A stretch of 64,000 nucleotides of DNA from Candidatus Pacearchaeota archaeon (GTDB lineage Archaea > Nanobdellota > Nanobdellia > Pacearchaeales > GW2011-AR1): contig JAGVXO010000007.1 in NCBI GenBank assembly GCA_018303755.1, positions 295-64,294 on the forward strand, written 5' to 3'. The notes below the pieces were generated by a model that saw only the letters and a list, made by a program, of their open reading frames with translations, ran no database searches and was not told the origin of the DNA. A program made the translations under genes and the position numbers. Shown here in pieces: positions 57,834 to 64,000 of the stretch (the stretch's first letter is position 1; each line of letters opens with the position of its first letter).

Positions 57834-60800
57834 ATGGCTAAGGATAAAGAAGAGGAAGTTAAAGAAGCGGTTTCTGATGAAGGCAAAGGATTAAATGACT
57901 TGCCTGGAATAGGGCCTGCGGCAATTGCAAAGCTCGAGGCAGCAGGGGTATTTGATTTAATGGGTGTTGCAACAATGAGCCCGCCAATGCTTTCTGAAAT
58001 AAGCGGACTTGGAGAAGCAGTTGCAAGAAAGGCAATTCAGGCATCAAGAAAAATGCTTGATTTGGGATTTATGGACGCTTCTGAATTTGAGAAAAAACGC
58101 CTTGATATTCATCACATTACAACTGGCTCAAAAAATATTGATAATCTTCTTGGTGGAAAGGGAGTTGAGAGCAAGGCGATAACTGAACTATTTGGTGCTT
58201 TTGGCAGCGGGAAATGTGTGAGTAAAGATACAGAGGTTTGTTATTTTAATGATACAAGGATGCATGTTGAACAGATACAAGAAACTTATGAAAAATATAA
58301 AAAATTCAATGAAGAGTGTTTAGTTGATAGGGGTTATGCTGTGCCTGTTTCAACTGTAAAAGTATTGTCTTGGCATAATGGAATTTTAAGTGTTTTGAAA
58401 GCTTCCCACTTATATAAAGAAAAAGTTAATCAATTGTATATTATTAAAACAAGAAGAGGTAGAGTTCTTAAAACAACAGGAATGCATCAGATACTTAGTT
58501 TTGAAAATGGTGTTGCTTGGAAAAGAGTAGGATTGTTGAGCAAAGGAGATTTGATTGCCTCTCCAAAAGAAATTAGCATGATAACGGAAAATATTTATGA
58601 TGAAGATGACGCTTATTTTTTGGGATTATTTGTTGCAGAAGGCAGTTCAAATCCATTTTCAATTTCAATAAGTGAAAAAGAAATTAAAGATTGGTTGTGC
58701 AATTATATAACCAATAAATTTGGCTATTCTCCGACAGTCAGAGAAGACAGAAGACGAGAAAAAATTGTTTATCAAATACTATTAAGAAACAGCACAAAAA
58801 GAATTATGGACAATCTGGATAATTGCAATTCTTCCAATAAATTTATACCTGAAGGCATTTTTCTTTCATCAAAAGAAGTTGTTTTGTCATTTTTAGGGGG
58901 ATATTTAGATGGTGATGGTGAAGTTTCAAAAAGCGATATTTCTGCAACTACAAAAAGTATTAAACTTGCAACTCAATTGACTTATCTTTTTATGAGAATT
59001 GGAGTTTCTGCAAGTTTAAGAAATAGATTTGTTAATGGACAATTGTTTAAAATTATTCGGATTTCTGGAGAAGATAGAGAAAGGATGAAAGATGTGAAAT
59101 TTAAAATAAAAAGCTTTAATCCTAATATCTTAAATAGTTTTTATGGATATCCTAAAAAGATTATCGAGTTTATTTCTGATTTATACAAAGAAAGTATTGG
59201 GGGAAATAGAGGAAGGTTAAGAAAAGAATTTGGAAAAATAAGCGGCGGTTATGAACATAGGATTTTTACAAATTCCTCAACTCCATTTGTTATCAATACT
59301 AATACTCTAAATAAAATTGAGAAGGTTTTTATCAAACAGAAAGAAGAGTTTATTAAAATTATAAAATTATTAGAAGAAGAAAAATTTTCCACAGCATTCT
59401 TAAAAGAGATTTATCCAAAAATGCCCTTTGCTTTTAATAGTTTGGCTGAAAATATGGGGCTGAAGAAAAGCAGCATTCAAAATTATTACAGCAGAAAAAT
59501 TCCTGAAAATAAATCAGAGATTTTAAGAAATTTGATTTTAAATGAATTAAAAACAAGAGTCGATGTTATCTGTTTGGCTTTAGAAATGATTAGCGAGATA
59601 AGACTGTTTAATTGGGATGTTGTTGAAAGTATTGAGTTGGTGGATTATAATGATTTTGTGTATGATTTTGTTGTTCCAGAAGGGCATTCGTTTGTCGGAG
59701 GAAATATGCCTACAATGATGCATAATACTCAAATTGCACTTTCTCTTGCAGTTAATGTTCAGCTTCCTAAAGAAAACGGAGGAGCAAATGGAAAAGCAGT
59801 TTATATTGATACAGAAGGCACTTTTAGGCCAGAGAGAGTCAAGCAGTATGCTGCAGGAATCGGTGCAAATCCTGAAAAAGTGCTGAAAAATATCTTCGTA
59901 GCTCGCGCGTTTAATTCAGATCACCAGATTTTGCTTCTTGAAAAAATAAATGAAATGATTAAAGGTGGCGAACCTATTAAACTGCTGATTGTTGATTCTC
60001 TTACAGCGCATTTTAGGGCAGAGTATTCTGGAAGAGGACAGCTTGCAGACAGGCAGCAGAGATTAAATAGATATCTTCATGACTTAATGAAATTAGCAGA
60101 GCAGAGAAATCTTGCTGTGCTTGTTACAAATCAGGTTATGTCAAATCCTGCAATGATGTTTGGAGATCCAACAACTCCTATTGGCGGGAATATAGTCGGG
60201 CACGCATGTCTGACTGGAGACAGCTTAATTCAGCTTTCTGATGGAAGCATAAAACAAATTAAAACTATGCAACAAGAAAATGTGCTTTCAGGCAGTTTTA
60301 AAAATTTAAAAATTGAAAATGCTAAAAGTGAGAACTTGTTTATTAATAATAAAGTTGATAAGCTTTATAATATTAAGACAGATTGCCAGATTAATTGTTC
60401 TTCATTACACAGATTTTTTGCAATTGAAGATTTTAATGTTATTGAAAAAGAAGCTAAAGATTTAAAAGAAGGGGATTTTGTTGCGCAAGCAGGGAAAATT
60501 GAAGTGATTGGTGATGAACAAAAATTGCCTTTAGTCCATATCAAAAAAATAGCGAAACTCTCTGATGATTCTTCAAAACACTTAAAATTAGAGCTTGAAA
60601 AGGAAAATTCAACAAAAGAGGAAATTTGCAAAAAAATTGGCATAACAAAAAGGCAATTTAGAAGAGTTTTAAATCAGAGTTGGCCTACTTCTTGCGATGT
60701 TTTAAATAATCTGCAGGAGCATTTTTCTGGAAGATTGCAACTTCAAATGATTCCTGTTCAGACATATAAACATAGAGATTTAATAATTCCTGCTATGATG

Positions 60801-61832
60801 ACCACAGAATTTTCACAGATTTGTGGATATTTTATCGGAGATGGAAATTTTGAAGCAAGAGGGTTAAGATTTAAAGATGAGAGAATTGAAATTTTACAAA
60901 GTTATAATTCTTTATTTAAGGATATTTTTAATATAGTAGGAAGTATTACAAAGGTTAAAAATAAAAACTGCTATACTTTATATATTAATTCAAAAGAAAT
61001 TTCTGATTTCTTTAGACTTATTATCCCCGATGTTTTAGGCTATGTTGCAAAATCTAAAGATGAGGTAGTTGCAGGATTTATTAAGGGGTTTGTTGATGCT
61101 GAAGGGCACATTAACAAAGAAAGAGCGATGATAACTATTACTCAAAAGGAAAAAATGATCCTAAGGCATATTCAGATGTTTTTACTAAGGTTTGGTATAA
61201 GAGCAACTATTAAGTTTGATATTGGAATGAAGAAGATGAGCATTTTGAGGATTATTGGAAAGGATTGTTTGGATTATCTTCAGATTGGATTTACAGCTCA
61301 AGATAAACAGAAAGAGTTATTTAATTATAAGAGGCATTATTTGCGAACTTATTATAAAGAAATGATGCCTATGCAAAGAGAAGAGATTTGGAATTTATTA
61401 AAACAAGTTGGATTAAAATCCTCGCATTTTATGAAGCCAAGAGATAATAGTTATAAATGGGTAAATAGGAAGGAATTAGAAACGTGTTTTAAAGTTTTAA
61501 TGAATCAAAAAATAAATGACAGACAGATAAAACAAAAAATTGAGTTTATTTTTAAATTGATGAACGGCGATTTAAGGTTTGAAAAAATAAGAGAAATTAA
61601 AATTTCTGATAATATTAATAAAGAGTTGTTTTATGATTTCTCTGTTCCTTCTCATGAAAATTATATTGCTAACGGGTTTGTTGTGCATAATTCGACTTAC
61701 AGAATTTATCTTCGGAGAGGGAAGAAAGACACAAGGGTTGCAAAACTTATTGATTCTCCAAATCTTCCTGACAATGAAACTGTATTCATGGTTACAACTG
61801 ATGGATTAAAAGATGTTGTGCTGAAAGAGTAA
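57834..61832 (+). CDS. radA: RadA recombinase interrupted by two LAGLIDADG inteins
   Basis: N-terminal HhH (DLPGIGPAAIAKLEAAG), Walker A GAFGSGK|(intein)|TQIALSL, ...PIGGNIVGHA|(intein)|STYRIYLRRGKKDTRVAKLIDSPNLPDNE. Confidence 0.85.
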   Translation: MAKDKEEEVKEAVSDEGKGLNDLPGIGPAAIAKLEAAGVFDLMGVATMSPPMLSEISGLGEAVARKAIQASRKMLDLGFMDASEFEKKRLDIHHITTGSKNIDNLLGGKGVESKAITELFGAFGSGKCVSKDTEVCYFNDTRMHVEQIQETYEKYKKFNEECLVDRGYAVPVSTVKVLSWHNGILSVLKASHLYKEKVNQLYIIKTRRGRVLKTTGMHQILSFENGVAWKRVGLLSKGDLIASPKEISMITENIYDEDDAYFLGLFVAEGSSNPFSISISEKEIKDWLCNYITNKFGYSPTVREDRRREKIVYQILLRNSTKRIMDNLDNCNSSNKFIPEGIFLSSKEVVLSFLGGYLDGDGEVSKSDISATTKSIKLATQLTYLFMRIGVSASLRNRFVNGQLFKIIRISGEDRERMKDVKFKIKSFNPNILNSFYGYPKKIIEFISDLYKESIGGNRGRLRKEFGKISGGYEHRIFTNSSTPFVINTNTLNKIEKVFIKQKEEFIKIIKLLEEEKFSTAFLKEIYPKMPFAFNSLAENMGLKKSSIQNYYSRKIPENKSEILRNLILNELKTRVDVICLALEMISEIRLFNWDVVESIELVDYNDFVYDFVVPEGHSFVGGNMPTMMHNTQIALSLAVNVQLPKENGGANGKAVYIDTEGTFRPERVKQYAAGIGANPEKVLKNIFVARAFNSDHQILLLEKINEMIKGGEPIKLLIVDSLTAHFRAEYSGRGQLADRQQRLNRYLHDLMKLAEQRNLAVLVTNQVMSNPAMMFGDPTTPIGGNIVGHACLTGDSLIQLSDGSIKQIKTMQQENVLSGSFKNLKIENAKSENLFINNKVDKLYNIKTDCQINCSSLHRFFAIEDFNVIEKEAKDLKEGDFVAQAGKIEVIGDEQKLPLVHIKKIAKLSDDSSKHLKLELEKENSTKEEICKKIGITKRQFRRVLNQSWPTSCDVLNNLQEHFSGRLQLQMIPVQTYKHRDLIIPAMMTTEFSQICGYFIGDGNFEARGLRFKDERIEILQSYNSLFKDIFNIVGSITKVKNKNCYTLYINSKEISDFFRLIIPDVLGYVAKSKDEVVAGFIKGFVDAEGHINKERAMITITQKEKMILRHIQMFLLRFGIRATIKFDIGMKKMSILRIIGKDCLDYLQIGFTAQDKQKELFNYKRHYLRTYYKEMMPMQREEIWNLLKQVGLKSSHFMKPRDNSYKWVNRKELETCFKVLMNQKINDRQIKQKIEFIFKLMNGDLRFEKIREIKISDNINKELFYDFSVPSHENYIANGFVVHNSTYRIYLRRGKKDTRVAKLIDSPNLPDNETVFMVTTDGLKDVVLKE
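58215..59726 (+). other. RadA intein 1 (in P-loop)
   Basis: starts CVSKDTE, ends ...PTMMHN with +1 Thr; LAGLIDADG blocks YFLGLFVAEGSS and FLGGYLDGDGEV. Confidence 0.75.
60207..61691 (+). other. RadA intein 2
   Basis: starts CLTGDSL, ends ...GFVVHN with +1 Ser; LAGLIDADG blocks ICGYFIGDGNFE and AGFIKGFVDAEGHI. Confidence 0.75.
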
Positions 61833-62041
61833 AATGGATTTTCAAAAGGGAGTTTAATTACAACAAGTGTAATTGCTTTTTCAATTTCTTTAGGGTGTTA
61901 ATTACTTTGCTTGGATTTATCAATTCAATGAAAGAAGCTCATTTTTGAAAATAATTTTTTTATGTTTTTTATATGATATTTAAACTAACATCTTAATTCA
62001 ACAATCTTTTTATACGCGCTTAATTTCCCAATTAGGTTAAA

Positions 62042-63247
62042 ATGATAATCGTTGATTTGCATCTGCATTCAAAACATTCAAGGGCGACTTCCAAGAATCT
62101 TAGTTTTGAAAATCTTGTGAAATATGCACGGATTAAAGGAATTGATGTTTTGGGAACAGGAGATTTTACGCATCCAGAGCATTTCAAAGACATTAAAAAA
62201 TTAAAAGAGAAGAACAGTATTTATTATTGCAAGGATTTTCCATTTATCATAACAGGAGAAGTTTCTTTGATATATCACCAGGGAAGCAGTCGGAGAGTTC
62301 ATTTATTGATACTTGTTCCAGATATTGCAACTGCTGAAAAAATAAATGCTTATCTTGATACACTTGGAAGACGGGATTATGACGGCAGGCCGATATTCGG
62401 AATTTCGTGCATTGAATTCACGAAAAAAATGATGGAGATTTCAAGGGATATTGAAATAATTCCGGCGCATTGCTGGACCCCCTGGTTTGGAGTTTTTGGA
62501 AGCAAGTCAGGATTTAATTCCCTGAAAGAGGCATTTGGCGAACAGATAAGGAATATTCATGCAATTGAGACCGGACTGAGTTCAGATCCACCAATGAACT
62601 GGAGAATCTCAGAGCTTGATAATTTTGCAATATTAAGTTTTTCAGATTCTCATAGCTACTGGCCTTGGCGCCTGGGAAGGGAAGCAACTTTATTTGAGAT
62701 TAATAAAAAAGATATTTCTTATAAAAAAATAATTGATGCAATAAGAGAAAATAAAATTATGGGAACAATTGAAGTTGATCCTGCATATGGGATGTATCAT
62801 TTTGACGGACACAGGAACTGCAATTTTTCATGCTCTCCTGAAAAAACAAAAGAACTTAATAGAATATGCCCTGTTTGCAAAGAGTTATTAACTATCGGAG
62901 TAGATTATAGAGTAGGAGAGCTTGCAGAAAGAAAAGAGGGATTTATTCCTGAAAATGCAAAAAAATTTTATAAGGTGCTTCCTCTTCAGGAGATTATATG
63001 CCTTTATACTGGGAAAGGAATATCTTCAAAAGAAAACTGGGAGATTTATAATTCCATTATTGATAAATTCAGAACAGAATTTAATGTTTTGCTTGATGTT
63101 TCTTTGAATGATTTTCTATCAGCAGAGATTAATGAAAAACTTGCGCATCTGATAATAAAGAACAGGGAAGGAAAAATAAAAGTAAAGCCAGGATTTGACG
63201 GGGTTTATGGAGAGGCGGTTGTTGAAGAGCAGAAAAAGCTGTTTTAA
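62042..63247 (+). CDS. PHP-domain nuclease, endonuclease Q-like
   Basis: N-terminal DLHLHS PHP motif, additional His clusters, and a C-terminal CPVCKELL zinc-finger; size about 400 aa as in EndoQ. Confidence 0.45.
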   Translation: MIIVDLHLHSKHSRATSKNLSFENLVKYARIKGIDVLGTGDFTHPEHFKDIKKLKEKNSIYYCKDFPFIITGEVSLIYHQGSSRRVHLLILVPDIATAEKINAYLDTLGRRDYDGRPIFGISCIEFTKKMMEISRDIEIIPAHCWTPWFGVFGSKSGFNSLKEAFGEQIRNIHAIETGLSSDPPMNWRISELDNFAILSFSDSHSYWPWRLGREATLFEINKKDISYKKIIDAIRENKIMGTIEVDPAYGMYHFDGHRNCNFSCSPEKTKELNRICPVCKELLTIGVDYRVGELAERKEGFIPENAKKFYKVLPLQEIICLYTGKGISSKENWEIYNSIIDKFRTEFNVLLDVSLNDFLSAEINEKLAHLIIKNREGKIKVKPGFDGVYGEAVVEEQKKLF

Positions 63248-63248
63248 A

Positions 63249-63560
63249 ATGGTTGAGAAACTTTTGCATAAACTTGAAAGATTATTTTTAATGGACGAGG
63301 TTTTAGTTGATTCTGATGGAAATGAGGCTGCTGCATTTTTTGAAGGATTAGCTTCTATAAGAGCAAAGAACGAAGAGGAAATTGAAAATATTTTTAATGA
63401 ATTGGTTGGAAAGGAGTTTGAAGGATGTTTCAAAATAAGCACAAATTATGCAATACTTCTGGGAATTCCTGAAAGAGCAGACGCTTATGCAATTGGAAAA
63501 GGAACTGAATTTTTCAGCAGGCATAATTTATATCCTGTTGCTTACTGCAGAATTCTTTGA
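63249..63560 (+). CDS. hypothetical protein
   Basis: ATG 63249 one nt after upstream stop (track start 63195). Confidence 0.25.
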   Translation: MVEKLLHKLERLFLMDEVLVDSDGNEAAAFFEGLASIRAKNEEEIENIFNELVGKEFEGCFKISTNYAILLGIPERADAYAIGKGTEFFSRHNLYPVAYCRIL

Positions 63561-63653
63561 GAATATTAATTTAATTCTTAGATTAAATATTTATTTAATC
63601 TCTTGATTATTTTATTGCGGGGTTGTTTAGAGATTGTGCAAATATTTTGATGT

Positions 63654-63863
63654 TCATTTATTCCATCTTTTATCTAATTTATTGTCCCAATCTTTTTTGA
63701 GCGATTTTTCAGATGCGAGCATTGTCATAATTCCCTCTTTATTCAAATTTTTCATAAATTTCTCCCTGAATTTATATCCTGCGTCTTTTGTTTCTGAGGC
63801 GCATTTGAGGCATTTTTTCTCCATTGTGTATGCATTGCACTTTGCGCATTTTTTCAAGTTCAT
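63654..63863 (-). CDS. Nop10-like H/ACA RNP protein
   Basis: LKKCAKCNAYTMEKKCLKCASETKDAGYKFREKF resembles the Nop10 zinc ribbon (CxxC..YTL...CxxC..T...RF). Confidence 0.45.
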   Translation of the reverse strand: MNLKKCAKCNAYTMEKKCLKCASETKDAGYKFREKFMKNLNKEGIMTMLASEKSLKKDWDNKLDKRWNK

Positions 63864-64000
63864 TTTAATAATAAATTATTTTAATGTATTTAAATTTGTT
63901 TGGAAAGATATGCGAATAAATTCTTTTGCTAACACTCCAAATTTCCTTATTTTAAATTTGTTTCTTGGTGTTTTTTATCTTTAATATTTTAAAGTACAAT

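Overview
This is an AT-rich (about 30% GC) archaeal chromosomal window, judged from RadA recombinase, archaeal-type TyrRS (KMSSS), a Hef/RIG-I-like helicase, an ERCC4/XPF nuclease, aEF-1beta, Nop10, RPA, LAGLIDADG inteins and class-III (type IV pilin) signal peptides. Shine-Dalgarno sites (AAGGAGGTGA) are used. The gene content (many membrane and secreted paralog families, few metabolic genes) is compatible with a small-genome, DPANN-like symbiotic archaeon; that assignment is inference. Housekeeping islands (8.3-20 kb and 55.6-63.9 kb) carry TyrRS, a DRG-like GTPase, M16 peptidase, agmatinase-family ureohydrolase, LigT, XPF nuclease, a Hef-like helicase (one intein), aEF1B, RPA, RadA (two inteins), an EndoQ-like PHP nuclease and Nop10. 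Between them lies a long accessory segment (about 20-55 kb). Its main content is a complete archaeal type-IV-pilus-like system: a GspE/FlaI-type ATPase, a FlaJ/TadC-like platform, at least nine consecutive pilin-like genes with [KR][GA]-cleavable class-III signal peptides, and an A24 prepilin peptidase (26.0-41.8 kb). Also present are two paralogous secreted Cys-rich proteins with near-identical promoter/leader regions that differ in a poly-C tract (7 vs 9 C), two families of paralogous multipass membrane proteins (3 + 5 members), four nucleotidyltransferase two-gene modules, an orphan RelE/ParE toxin, a split IS630-family transposase, and an ArsR-methyltransferase-DUF302 operon. The most distinctive feature is a composite intergenic repeat family with at least 13 copies in both orientations. 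Each unit is about 120-250 bp and combines an AT-rich block with a GC-rich GCGAAGCG/GCGAGCCC block; some sites carry 2+ tandem units, and many are associated with a second 125-bp double-hairpin element. These repeats sit upstream of, and often bracket, the surface-protein and accessory genes. They look like shared promoter/leader modules and possible cassette-recombination sites; I could not assign them to any known element class. No rRNA, tRNA or CRISPR array was recognised.
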